Part shown: positions 1 to 12,499 of the stretch, in pieces | How positions within the stretch are numbered: position 1 is the first letter of the stretch | How the letters are laid out: each line of letters begins with the position of its first letter | Source of the DNA: Sphaeroforma arctica JP610 | Lineage: Eukaryota | DNA length: 64,000 nucleotides | Reading direction: 5' to 3' | Assembly (NCBI RefSeq): GCF_001186125.1 | Contig: NW_014040248.1 | Span: forward strand, 12,045-76,044 | The notes under the pieces: generated by a model | What the model was told of the DNA's origin: nothing | Databases searched by the model: none | The model's input: only the letters and a program-made list of their open reading frames with translations | Program-made: the position numbers and the translations under genes

Positions 1-1009
1 AATCCACGTTTAAATTTGAGTATGGAGTCTGGTGGGTATCATTCGAGTTTGGTTACGCTTTTTGGTAGATACATGTAGACGGGTATGCCTAGTTTGGCGT
101 ATAAGTATGCAGAAACATCAAAGTAATGAACCGTCATATTTTTGTATGTAGCTGTGGCGAAGAGCGAAGTGCTACGGAGGAGGCGGCGGGTGCGCACGTC
201 TTGTTGGTCGAGTGATCACGCGAACCTTGAAAATAATAATAATAATAAAATTCATAGCGTAGCCGTCAGGAAATTGAAAAGGTTTTAGGGTTTTTGGGTG
301 GAGGTTTTTTCATAGCCCCTTGAAAAAGAAACAGGTTTTTTTGACATGTTTCTCGAGTTTCTTTTTCCGGGGGGTCACATATGGTTTTCTGATTTTTGAA
401 ATGTGTAGGGATAATAATATGTATTTTAAAAATGTGTAGGGATAATATTGTTCATTTCAAAGGTTAAGTTACAATGTTTGTACATATGGTATGGCTCTCA
501 TAGCCGTTGTAGTGGTTCGGGGAAGATCGATGGGAAGAAGTGGTCAGTAATTTCCCTGTTGAAGCTTGGACCAAGTGATTCGACAATGGAGGATATGCGC
601 TGGGTCAATTCAGGCCAGTGGTGACAAAAAACTGACACCATCGAGTGTGCCACGTATTCTCTTTCTGACCTACTAAATAGCGTACCCACCTCTGTGGTTC
701 GGATCGGGTCTTTATCGTGTAGTGCTGTGGAATGGGTTAGTGAAGAATACGAAATGCCAAGTAGGACCAGGTTATCCGTCATAATTCGGTTGAGGAGGGA
801 GGTTGGGGGTGAACCGATGCCGCACCAGACCACGGATGCACTCGGTATGTGCTGGTTTGCCTGTATTGGAAGTATCAAAGGCGGAACCAACAGGCGCGAT
901 GAATTGGTTTGGACCAAAATTTGGAAGTAGTACTTCAACAGTGTGATTAGCCGGGGTATAGGAAATATCTGTTGATATGTCAGAGACAGGTGTGGGTACA
1001 GAGGTTGTT

Positions 1010-2800
1010 CTACATGCTGGGGAATAGATCCAAGGTGTTCGTGAGGGTCCAGATACCATGGAAATCATGGCACTTCTGTAGTTGCTGGAGGAGATCAGGG
1101 CCAATGAGAGGCAGTTTTGAGCCTACCAGGATGCATTGGATCAGTTGCTGAATGCAGGCAATGTGGCTGGTGGTGAATTTTTGGCCACCGGGGCAGACAG
1201 GGCAGAGACAGTCGTCAGTGCGGTAGTCGAGCAATGTGAATATGTAAACATTTATTACAATTATAGCACAGAGCCGGATTGGTGTAGGCTCGAAGCAGCG
1301 GTTAAAGCTGTCGTGTCGGGCTTTGTCCCGATCTGAGGTTGGCGGTTTGCCCATGACCAATTGGTAGTAGTATTGACGCCGGGCCATTGCGGCGATCTCC
1401 TTGTTGGACCAGCGTTTCATTGAATTCTTTCTATTGTCGTCACATTGTCGGTGGAGGGCTACATGTTCTGGTGTACGCCCGTCCGTAGTTTTGTATACAG
1501 TCTTCAAGTGGGCATACTACGGAAAGCGCGGTGTTGTCGTGGACCCAGGCGGGTTGCGTCAGAGGGGTGAGTGGGTTTGTGCTAGCCATTGAGTCGAGTT
1601 GCAGTCCCAGGCAACCTCCGAGGTAGTCCGCGAATGCTCGCGTGGGGAGCAGGCCACAAAAAAATGGAGTTGGTTTGATGTTTGGGAAACCTAGGGTGTT
1701 TGGTGCCCGTGATGATGGCTGCTGCTCGAATGAGTGCTGAGTTATGGCGCTCAAACAAGGGGTCCAGCGCATCCTTCCATATAGGTGGAGCCCATGCAAT
1801 AATGTTCAGGCCATATGTAGCCGTGGATAAGATGAATGTTTTGAACAACACCAGCCTGGTGCTAGGGTGTCGCCAGCTGAAGCCATGGAAACCATAAGCG
1901 TGGAAAGAGGCGATACCCAGAGACAATGCTGTAACCAGGGATTCCATATGTGGGAAACCCAGGTGTTTGGAGAGTTTAGGCTTAACATGTGTTCTAGGTG
2001 ACATGTGTTCCAAGGGGCATCTGCAAGTATCGGCGTCATAAGCTCACCATTTATACGGAGGGTTGGCGCCGCGTGTCGCAAGTTGGTAGATCGTACTCGG
2101 GGTTTGATGACACCATGTTTGAGGCCAGATTCGCGTCCCCAAGCATCAATGTCGTCTAAAAAGGGCTGGAGCGAAACCAGTTGGGGGGCTTGGATTCGTG
2201 TGTCATCGACAAATAAATAAAAGCGGAAAAGCTTGGGCCGAAATTGTACTAGTGTGACAGCCAAAAAAAATCCATGTAGATAATAAAGAGCTGGGAGCCA
2301 ACGATTGAGCCTTATGTGATGCCATTTGTTCTATGAAATACATGCGAGAGCATGCTGCGGTATGTCACTCGGGTAGGGACCCTCTCAAATAGCGCGCGGA
2401 GGCAGTTGATCCGGTTTTCGGGCATTCCAGCGTGGCGCAAGAGTATCCACAGGCGCGGGAGAGCAACCTTGTCGTATGCCTTGGTAATGTCCAGACATAC
2501 GCCGTTCCACTCTTCTTTCGACTGTGTCTTAGATTCCATGGTGGCGAGTGCTTTTGTGGCACTTGAAATTTGAAAACGAATTGGAAGGAGAGGGTGGGAG
2601 AAGCCCAAACGGACTCTTTTAGAGGGCATTTTAGAGGTATTTTTAAATGATATAATTGATACGGCATTCATTTATTTGTGTACAGTTCTTCGGTCCATAG
2701 TATGTCTTGTGAGCAGCTTCAGTGTATATATAGTAATATATATATAGTAAGTAGTAAAGATATAGGATCGAATGGAGGTGTTATCGGATCTTGAATTGGA
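1010..2800 (-). pseudogene. Non-LTR reverse transcriptase domain plus C-terminal zinc knuckle, disrupted
   Basis: Motifs in order: FDPISLLLTIY (RPISLL-like, ~2750); GVCLDITKAYDKV (2312..2671 ORF); NGIT*GSIVGSQLFIIYMD (conserved Q read as TAA at 2312-2314); after a frameshift in a T-run, FYLFVDDTRI (YxDD box, ~2200); CPVC..FTTSHIAC at ~1150-1200. Confidence 0.9.
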
Positions 2801-3399
2801 GTCAGATCATGAGTACGATGCTGGCCCCCTCCACTTTCTAGAAGAAGATGACGATGTTCTTGAAGATCAGCTGTCCGGTGATGATCTCTTGATCTTAAAA
2901 GAGGTAGACGAGATGTATGCAGATACACCTCCACCTGAGCTTGATAAAATAAGTGCGGAACTATCGGAGGAAGTTTTTGTTCTTGGAAACGCCCTCTGCG
3001 ATATAAAACTTATCCCGCTGAAGAAGAAACATTATTGTTTCCGTGCCTTCATGCGCTACTACTCGAATGCTGTGCTTATAGTTCATCCCGCTATTATGAA
3101 AAGAAAAAAAAAGTGGAGTAAGTTTTAGTCACAAGATGCAGTTCGTTGGTGAAGAAGAAACTCTAATCACCGCGCGGAAGGTCTTTTTTCAGCGGCGTTT
3201 AGTACGCATATTTCCAGTCCCACCTCGCATCAGTCGTCGTGTAAAACTTGTATGTGTATATTGTTGCGATCAAAACTACGTTAAGACCGGAGATACTTTT
3301 TTTTACCGGCAAAGGTGAAACAACAAGCAAAACACATTGTACAGATTTATAGGCAGGGCTACTATTCTGATCCACCTGGAAAACGCATGTACTTGGCAA

Positions 3400-4300
3400 G
3401 GATAAAGATGGTTTATATCTATATGGATACAGGCGCGGTATGTACGAGTGGTGGGGAGGGTGCGTGATACCAATAGTTTAATCGTAGGTTTGGGATGTAT
3501 TGAGTGGTAAGTAGAGCGATATGATCCTATCAAGCTTTGTAACATTGCAGAATTATCGGATCATCGGTGTGGAAAATCGAGGGTTGTTGACTGCAAACAT
3601 CGCGACCTTGCCTTAGAAGATACAATTGCATCTGCTTACATGGAGCTTACAAGAGATGTATATAAAATAGATAATGTGCCCTGAAATTTAGCTAGTAACT
3701 TATTGAATATTGGCGAATCAACTGGAATATCGAGTATTTGGCATATGACAGACCAGCCTTAACTAAAGAACACTGAAGAGCGGTTGAAGGTTTCAAAGCT
3801 TACGCCAGATCGTACCTACGTTGCTAGCACGCAAGAACTTTCTACAAGTTTTGTTGGAACTTCCGATGCACGTATATTGCTATAATGATATGTTTTCCAA
3901 AGTGGCACTTGATGACACGTGTTATATTACCGAATACTCTCAGCACGTGATAACCCGCTGAGAAATGGGGCATGAAGAATGATCCCCCCTAGCCAGCCAA
4001 CTATATGTGTCCGTCTATGCCTTCAATGGGATGGAGAGCTAGGTACCTTGTGATGGGGTATTGGTGCAGATATTTAACTGCACCAACAGGGTGTTTTTGA
4101 TTTCTTAAAGTTGGACTTAGAGTTATTACTGCGATTGGAGAATAGTTTCGACGCATGAAACGATAAGAGAATAAAATATCGTGCATCCGATGAAATTAAA
4201 TCTGATCTTAGTTACTGACACCAAATAAGTCTAGACCGAAGTACTGAGCGATTAGAGCGGAGCATATAGACAATAGCCTCAGTCTAAAATCCTCTACTTT
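3400..4300 (-). pseudogene. Probable APE (exo/endo/phosphatase) endonuclease remnant of the LINE ORF
   Basis: Manual translation gives GLDLFGVS (~4210-4240), GKHIIIAIYVH (~3866-3900) and S-L-I-D-H-I with a one-base frameshift (~3515-3535), in APE order and upstream of the RT. No intact GDFN or SDH motif seen. Confidence 0.5.
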
Positions 4301-4336
4301 TTAGCTCAGTATATAGGGCTGAAGCTACACTTAAAT

Positions 4337-5439
4337 TGTAATAGCCGGGCCTCCACATTAGACTTTATGTTATAAAGGTACTCTTAAAAAGTACGTAAAC
4401 TATAAACGCACTTTTAATAGTACAAGGAACTTAAGTTTCCTAAATGGTTTTTGACGGTTTTATTAATTAATACCTTTTCCATTTTACATATCAGATATTT
4501 GGACAAGGCCATTAAAGGGCCCCAGTAAAATACCAAACCTAAGATTTGGTCTAGTTCCATTAATAGAACTATATTTACTTTCCAAATCTATTTATATCTG
4601 AATACTTCGGTAGCGAGATGGCTCAACCGAATATAGGTTTCTAGGGACTATTAACGTTCCCTAGTTGATCCTCTGATCAGCCAACCAGATGTGCCAGTCT
4701 GATGAAGGCTAAGTCGGTAATTCTTGATAAGTGGCAAGTTATTGGTTAAGACAATAACTAGGGACATAAAGAGTATTTTTCTTTCTTTCTTTTTAATGGT
4801 TTTATTAATTAATACCTTTTCCATTTTACATATCTTTGGACGAGGCCATTAAAAGGCCCCAGTAAAATACCAAACATAAGAGTTGGTCTAGTTCTATTAA
4901 TAGAACTATATTTACTTTCCAACTGTATTTATATCTGAATACTTCGGTAGCGAGATGGCTCAATATAGGTTTATAGGGTCTATTAGCATTACCTAGTTTA
5001 ACCTTCGTTCAGCCATCCAGATGTGCCAGTCTGATGAAGGCTAAGTCGGTAATTCTTGATAAGTGGCAAGTTATTGGTTAATGCACTAACTATGGACATC
5101 AAGAGTTTTTTTTCTTCTTATTTTTCTTTTCTTTTCTCTGAAGATAAGATTTTATGAGTCTCTCGGATTCGCCCCAACGATACATACCATAGTTTCTAAT
5201 AGAGCGACAACGAAACTCTAAATAAAATCCCTTCGGCGAAAACAGTGCTGAGAGGATTATATATAGGCAATGTCTCAGCCTCACAGTGCCTCAGAGTATT
5301 GCTGTTTTCACGAGGCATACCTAACTTTACCAAAAGATTCATTTCGTTTATTTACTTCGAATTTCACGATACTTTGACTTAACCTAAGCGTTTAATTACT
5401 CTAAGGCGTTAATATCGCCTTGATCGACCGAATCTTACA
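4337..5439. mobile_element. Solo LTR (family A, copy 1) with internal tandem duplication of its 5' ~350 bp
   Basis: Starts TGTAA, ends TTACA, flanked by 4-bp TSD AAAT (4333-4336 and 5440-5443). Homologous to 6013..7061. About 4441-4790 is repeated at ~4791-5125. Confidence 0.88.
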
Positions 5440-5499
5440 AAATTACATTGTTCAAATTTACTTCTATATCGTACTTTCTTTCATTACAGTGGCTGAGCC

Positions 5500-5850
5500 G
5501 TATCGCAAGATTGTGAAAGACGTATTCTGTATAATATATGGTAAGAGTTTGAATTCGTGCAATGAATTTATCCCACTGTTTTGCGTGAGGACGAAGGGGG
5601 ATCAATACGGCGCCAATGGTTCTGGTAGAAATGACGCTGTCGATAAACTCTGAGGTATCTGACTAAATAGGATTAGCGTACGCTTTCTTTTTAAGCCAAT
5701 CAGTCTTACGTTGATCTGTGGCAATGTTGCCACCGGATGGACTGGCAACGTGGTAAGTGAGTCGTACGTTATGATGTGAACAAGTCAACAGTCGGATCAA
5801 AGTTGATGCGGGCCATGTCGTTTTGAATTCGGCAGTGCTTATTATACATT
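5500..5850 (-). pseudogene. Dam/DIRS-type amino-DNA-methyltransferase-like domain, disrupted
   Basis: MARINFDPTVDLFTS /frameshift/ NVRLTYHVASPSGGNIATDQRKTDWLKKKAYANPI*SDTSEFIDSVISTRTIGAVLIPLRPHAKQWDKF. Shows DLF(A/T)S..N, D..W, YANP(P)(W) (TAG in place of TGG) and VLIP....W with the expected spacing. Confidence 0.65.
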
Positions 5851-6012
5851 ATTCGGTGGACAATCATCCGACAGGTAGAATTTGGGTGGGGATGATAACT
5901 TTCTTTGCGACCATATTGAGTGTGGTCGTGGAATTAGACATAAGTTTGTATGATTGATGGAGTCGTAGGAAACGGTTCAGGAGAATAATCAGTAGCTGGC
6001 GCTACGGGAGGC

Positions 6013-7061
6013 TGTAAAATCCGGGCCTCCACATTAGAATCTTGTATTATAAACGTACTCTTAATAGTACGCAAAACGTACTCTTAAAAGTAAGTAAACT
6101 CTTTAATGGTTTTTAACGGTTTTTATTAATTAAATATCTTTTCCATTTTACATATCAGATATTTGGACAAGACCATTAAAAGATCCCAGTAAAATACCAA
6201 ATATAAGATTTGGTCTAGTTCTATTAATAGAATTATACTTAACCTTCCAAATCTATTTATATCTGAATACTTCGGTAGCGAGATGGCTCAACCGAACATA
6301 GGTTTCTAAGGACTATTAGCGTTGCTTAGTTTATCCTCCGTTCAGCCAACCAGATGTGCCAGTCTGATGAAGGCTAAGTCGGTAATTCTTGAGAAGTGGC
6401 AAGTTATTGGTTAATGCAATAACTATGGACGTCAAGAGTATTTTTCTTTATTCTTTTCTTTTTTTCTAAAGATAGGATTTTATGAGTCTCTCGGATTCGC
6501 CCCAACGAAACATACCAAAGTTTCTATTAGAGCGACAACGAAACACTAAATAAAACCCCTTCGGCGAAAACAGTACTGAGAGGATTACATATAGGCAATG
6601 TCTCAGCCTCGATTATTAGCGTTGCTTAGTTTATCCTCCGTTCAGCCAACCAGATGTGCCAATCTGAGGAAGGCTAAGTCGGTAATTCTTGATAAGTGGC
6701 AAGTTATTTGCAATAACTATGGACATCAAGAGTATTTTTCTTTATTCTTTTCTTTTTTTCTAAAGATAGGATTTTATGAGTCTCTCGGATTCGCCCCAGC
6801 GAAACATACCAAAGTTTTTATTAGAGCGACAACGAAACACTAAATAAAATCCTTCGGCGAAAACAGTACTGAGAGGATTACATATAGGCAATGTCTCAGC
6901 CTCACAATCCCTTAGAGTATTGCTGTTTTCACGAAACATACCTAACTTTACTAAAAAAACTCATTTCGTTTATTTACATTGAATTTAATTATACTTCGAC
7001 TTAACCTAAACGTTTAACTACTCTAAGGCGTTAATATTGCCTTGATAGACCAAAACTTACA
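6013..7061. mobile_element. Solo LTR (family A, copy 2) with internal tandem duplication of its 3' ~300 bp
   Basis: Starts TGTAA, ends TTACA, flanked by 4-bp TSD AGGC (6009-6012 and 7062-7065). About 6311-6610 is repeated at ~6611-6903. Confidence 0.9.
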
Positions 7062-8798
7062 AGGCAGGACAGGTGTCGTTGTACGCACATGTGGTGGTGA
7101 CGGACAAGTTGCGGCTGCCGTCTAGTTTGGGTACTGGTGTGATGGGTGTGACCCGCGCGGCTGATGCCGTGAGAGCAAGTTTTGTTACTTCAGTATCAAT
7201 CAACTTATGCCCCCATTGAGTGCTTGGTATGGTAAGAAAAATTGTGCCATTGGAAAAGTCATGTGACGTTGTGTGCCCCTTGATGTATATGTCGTAGCCA
7301 CTGTCATGAAATTTATATTGAGTGATTAATTGTTGTTTGACTGTTGGCCTTATATACGTAATACCAAGTTGTGGTAGTCGTCCGCGTTCTGTGACCATGC
7401 ATTCGCTGATGTCGACGAGCAGAAGTGGAAAGCGCCAGCCTCCATGTTGAAATGAATATAGGACGACTAAGGATATAGTAGTGGTAGCCTGGGTAGAATG
7501 ATCGGGGTTGCCTGTTGGTATAAGCATTAATACCCTCGATAGCTTAAAAAAGTACCTCTAGCATCACTATCAGTTATTTTCTCTAAAAGCACTAAGGGTT
7601 TATAGCCCACATAGCCTCATTGTAGATAAGCAGTTGTATGTGAGCCCTGCTAATACTTCAATAGCTATAAAGAAAGGTCCTCATGAAGGAACGTTATAAA
7701 AGAAAACGACATTGAATTTTGGAGATTGGCGGGAGGACCAAAATCATCAGGACAAGCAATATAACTAGTTACAGAACCGTGATTTGGGAAGTAAACATGT
7801 CTGATTGGAAAGATATGACTAAATCTGAGTTCTTGTTTTGAGATAAGACTGAATATGGGTTGTTGCTTGTTGTAAAGGAGTATATTGTGTTGAGACGAAT
7901 TTTACCCTAAAACCGAGGGACCCATAATATATTACCGCTAATAATTTGGCCGAATAATTGTCAGAATATTTTAGGGGCAAATGGTAGTTATTATATTCTA
8001 TAGATAGTTTACACTATTGTAATACATTAATTTTACGCAGGAAAGGTAAGCAAAATTAGAAATGTGTACATTGTAGTAAGAAAAGGATATATTACAAAAT
8101 ATGGACGCAATTCATCATATTATTTTATTGTAGAAATTCGTATATACAGAGAGTGAAAACGTAAAATAAAAGTTGTATGGCCAGAGGGCATACGCAGACA
8201 ATCCATGCCTGAACACCATGGCAACTTTTAATAGATAACCATTAAATGTCATGGTTGCTGCGGAGGACGTAGATTTCTTTGCAAATTTCAATGTGATGGT
8301 TGGCTTGATTTCTTTTCATGGTTTTGTTCCCAAATGACGTGGACTTACATGAATCGATCTGGGCAAAGTCTTCGTCGGACGCAGCAACTTCAGGGGGATC
8401 GGGAGCATAAGTGTCAGTTCGGGGGACGGAACGACATCACAGTGGAGAGTTAATGGCCACAGATCGTTAAGGGAGAGGACTAGATGGAGAACAGGTCTCG
8501 AGTCCGATTGAAACTCGGGACGCGGCGCAGGACACGGCATAGCAGGGGAGGAAGCACAGGTAGACTTTTATTTGTCCACAGACGCAGTAAAGGCGTCGGT
8601 GAGGTTAGTGAGGATGTCGTTGATCTTGATACCAGGAGCGATGCGCTCGCGCTTTACATAGCTGGCAGAAGAATCAAGAAAGGCAGAAGGGCTTCTTTGG
8701 GAGCAGGGGAGGAACCTGTATTTGGACTGGTCCGACAGCTTCGAATTAGGATCTATTTCAGACTTGGGGAATGGTGAATTTGCGTTCACCAAGACATA

Positions 8799-9147
8799 TG
8801 TAGAGTATGGAGAGTAGCTGAAAGATATGACCCAAAAGATACAATAGACCTCTTTTCAAATACAGTTATCTCAGCAAGGAAAAATCCCTAGTCTGAGACA
8901 TCCGAACTGAGTCTTATTTGCGTCTTCTAATTCACTAGACTCGGGGTTTTACTTTTCTAATTCACTAGACTACGGTTTCTACTTGAATGCTTCTCTCACA
9001 CGCGGGGTCCCGGTATATCTCTACCGCTAATAACACATATGACTAATATTAGGAATATTTGAATCCTCATTCCAACACTCAGTATTTGATGATTCTGTGG
9101 TTTTGGGTTTTGTATTGGCTTTTTGATAATCTGGTCCCTAGACTACA
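8799..9147 (+). mobile_element. Solo LTR (family B)
   Basis: TGTAG...CTACA termini, near-TSD CATA/CACA. A full-length inverted homolog at 15170..15488 confirms both ends. Strand is given only relative to that homolog. Confidence 0.75.
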
Positions 9148-9149
9148 CA

Positions 9150-10050
9150 CACGAGGTTTAATTTTTAAACTGTAAGTCTCTTAACCATTTTGAACAGGAA
9201 TTCACATCATGCTGGGCAACAATAAAAGCGGTAGCCCGATACCTCATTCATGAATGTGGTCTTGAACAAGGCATGCGCGTCTGAACGGAGATAACTACAA
9301 TACTGCCCATTAAAACTAATCAATTTATGATGATTGAGAATGGTGTATTCAACCACCAATGAGTCGTTCATGGCCTAAAGAGGTGGATAGCGCACATTTT
9401 TTCCAGTATCAGCAGAGATCTCTTTGGTGATGGAAACGAGTTTGTCATAATACAGGGAATTAGGGCGCATGAAAATATGACTGATCTTGTATTTGTGATG
9501 TACATCCGCCGTAGCCTCTTCTGCAACCCTGACAGCATTCTGAGGTCTTGACATTCAGAAGGTTAGCGACGGAAGCTACATTGACGAGAGGGACGCGATT
9601 AGTGCCTATTGAAATGTTGGTGGCTATAATTCCAAAGCCAAGTAAAAGAGGACGTTGTTCCTTAATTGGACAATATCAGTAAGATCCAGGGTAAAATGAT
9701 TTATTTGTTTTTTGCGGTTCTGAATTTGGCTCCCCAATTGATTGAGAGATTCGTCAGAAGTCCGTTTGGGGTAGAAACTTGTGGGAGACACTGTAGATTG
9801 TAGAAGTTATAAGGTTAACCGAACATTACCAGGGTACGATCCTGTAGTTTTTTTAAACTCGTATATAGCAATTGGAACAGTATCAGCACGTGTTATATCG
9901 GTTGGCAAGGCACAAATTCGTCATGGTTCCTTGACTGCAATTTGTTTAAGTGCGCTTATAGCAGCATGACCTAAAATAGTCGCATTGGAATAACAGCTAT
10001 GCTGTGTACGACCAGCATCTTGCTTGACTACATTACCTGAAGAAGATTGT
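9150..10050 (-). pseudogene. Degenerate ORF of unknown function, probably transposon-borne
   Basis: Long protein-like minus-strand reading with few stops (..QHSCYSNATILGHAAISALKQIAV.., ..KISHIFMRPNSLYYDKLVSITKEI..). No family recognised. Confidence 0.3.
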
Positions 10051-11244
10051 ACAATATGGATTTATTTGCCTCCAGAAACTACTTTAAAGTTTTGTAGTAA
10101 TGTGTTAACAAAGGATAGTATTATGTATGTCGTTTCTGCTTTAGGTTCGATTATTATATTCATGCAATACCGATTACGATGCTTCAAGAAATATAACTAG
10201 TAGTATATAACTTAGTGATATGGCGGCCGTATTCAGAAAAACGTGTACGCAAATACATTTGTCGACATCTTTTTTAGCTCCAACAAGTATACAATGCAGA
10301 TGCTGTCTTAGCTTTGGATTGGGCAAGGACTTATTGTCGAGAAGTTCTTTGAACTGGTCAGGACCGTTTAATGCAAACGCAATTATATTTTCTTTTGGTT
10401 TTAATGCAACGCTTGAACTGTTAGTAGTTGACGATACTTATAATTGTATAACCGATTTGAATGGATGTGCTAGACAAAACAACGGATTTTCGTATACGTG
10501 TGGAGCAATAAATAACTAGGTATCCGTTTGAGATCAAATCCTGCTCTCTTAGTGTATATTTATAAAGAATCTCCTTCTTATTAGTTTCCTACGCGGTACA
10601 GTCTTCACGCAGAAAAATGATTAGGCATCATTCACATGCTTGCGGTTAAAATCATATAAGTCGTCGTTGTCATCAATGTAGTTGCCACATAAATCGTTAG
10701 CGATAAGTATAGAAGCTCGACCAGCTGGACATTTGACATTTGAAACTGGATAAGTCGGGAATTCAAAATAGCCTGTTCATCAGGACCCAGCATTTAATAG
10801 TAACCCCGCCCGGTACAAGTAATAATTTTAACTCTAGTAAGATACATCCTATGTGGATAGCTGTTCACATAATTCTATATACATACATCAATAAAATCTG
10901 TCACTAGTTTGTTCATTTGTTTTAACGTTGGATTGATATAAATATCCAAGATCAGTAGATCCGTATAACATTTGTACAGCAGAATTGACACTTGATTCAA
11001 ACAAGGTATGAGCGACAATAGACATTGCAGTATACGTATTTTTATCAGAGTCCGACTCATTTGCAGTATTTGTATTAGTGTTCGACGCTGTAGTGTTATT
11101 ACAAGTTGACACAGTGGATACGAGCCGTCTGAAACAGTTGGCATACTATCGCGTAGAAACAGATTACCAAGGTGAACCAAAGGTTTTGATGTAGCTCTTG
11201 CTATACGATGGGTATACTTAAGTATATTTATTTTGTTTCCCAAT

Positions 11245-11650
11245 TATGGTTTTTCTGTACTATATCCCAGTTTGCCCTTTTAATATCTCATTGATTGCGA
11301 TATTGGTGTTTTGAATGCACGTCTGCCTACACAAAGGTGTTTTTGTCCACAAATACGTTGGTCCATGTGCAGTAATATTTACATTTTGGTTCGTATTCGT
11401 CGTCATGTATATATTTGAAATGACTTAGTGATTGAATTTGAATCAGTTGGGAGGGTATCTCTTACTATACGATGAGTACACTAATTTATCTAGTTTACCG
11501 ATAATGATTTTTCTGAACTATATCTAAGCTTGCAATTTTCATGTCTCATTGATTGTGATGATGGTGTTTCTTATACACGTCTGCCTGCACGAAGGACGTT
11601 TGGCACACGTCGGCCCATGTGCAGTAATATATTTCGTTGCCGTGTGCACA
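11245..11650 (-). repeat. Diverged direct repeat (~260-bp period) encoding two degenerate C2H2 zinc-finger-like units
   Basis: 11245-11380 aligns with 11500-11635. Minus strand reads YYCTWADVCQTSFVQADVYKKHHHH and YYCTWTNV..NTFV*ADVHSKHQY. Confidence 0.55.
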
Positions 11651-12499
11651 GCATAGCTGTTGTATATATTATCAATAAGAACACCCATCGAGATTGTATT
11701 CTAAATGTGGCCCACCAATGTGTTTACAATACACCTAAATTGCGAAGAAGTTTGGCTGAGACAACATATTTTTTTGTACCGCAAAACTATGTAGTGGAAG
11801 AAATGTCATCTCGCAGACTTAGATACACAATAACAAGTCTGGTTGTATGAAATTGCTGTATAGTAGCATTACTTAACTATACGACAAGGAAGAGTAATAT
11901 CACGAACTAATTCATGTACTATATTGCTTATTGTATTTTATATTGTATAGCAGTCTGTTTACTTCATCGACTTTTGTCAATGTATGCGCATCAGCATTAG
12001 CCTGAGATCACTGTCCTTTGCTGCCGGAATACAGATGGTGCCTGGTTTGATACTTGACATGCTTCCACAGCTTGAGCTGGTATAACAGGCACGTCGGACA
12101 GTGAATCGTAAACCCATCAAAGTACTTTACGTTGGAATTCGGAGGCGATTGTAGTTGACGATGATTGATGCCCTCCCTTGTAAGCCGCCAAATATTCCGA
12201 CGTTGATGAATCAGTCTTTCAGCAAAAGTCGGGATTCTGGGATTGGCCAGCGCATATTAGACTTGAATAAGAATTAATCGGACGATAACATGTTATAGTC
12301 ACTTAAGCCTTCTGAAGGTGAAGCAAGGGATAAGGTACTGCGCTTCACATATACAATTATGGACTCAATTGTACAGAACAGAAAGAATAAATCACTGACT
12401 GGTGTATGTATAAGTTCTCTAATGAGTTTGTAAATCTTGACTTAACTAACATTGACTTCTCAAGTGAAAGTCTCCTTCGCATAAATATGCAAGTTGGAG

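Larger units (their letters stand above)
498..7527 (-). mobile_element. Decayed non-LTR (LINE-like) retrotransposon: unknown N-terminal region - MTase-like domain - APE-like endonuclease - RT - C-terminal Cys/His knuckle; interrupted by two solo LTRs
   Basis: Collinear minus-strand motifs from 7.5 kb down to 1.0 kb (see sub-features), with many stops and frameshifts. Element ends are not defined, and membership of the part upstream of 4.3 kb is inferred. Confidence 0.6.

Noticed and set aside
2312..2314. TAA read as Gln (alternative genetic code)
   Set aside because: Host genes end at TAA/TAG directly after sensible termini (HNEL-TAA, KDEL-TAG); a C-to-T mutation in a dead element is simpler.
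2772..3128. Acidic 118-aa plus-strand ORF as a gene
   Set aside because: It lies antisense to the LINE region between APE and RT and has no recognisable domain; likely a shadow ORF.
4337..7061. One TRIM/LTR element with a 570-bp interior
   Set aside because: Each LTR has its own TSD, and the interior continues the flanking minus-strand sequence.
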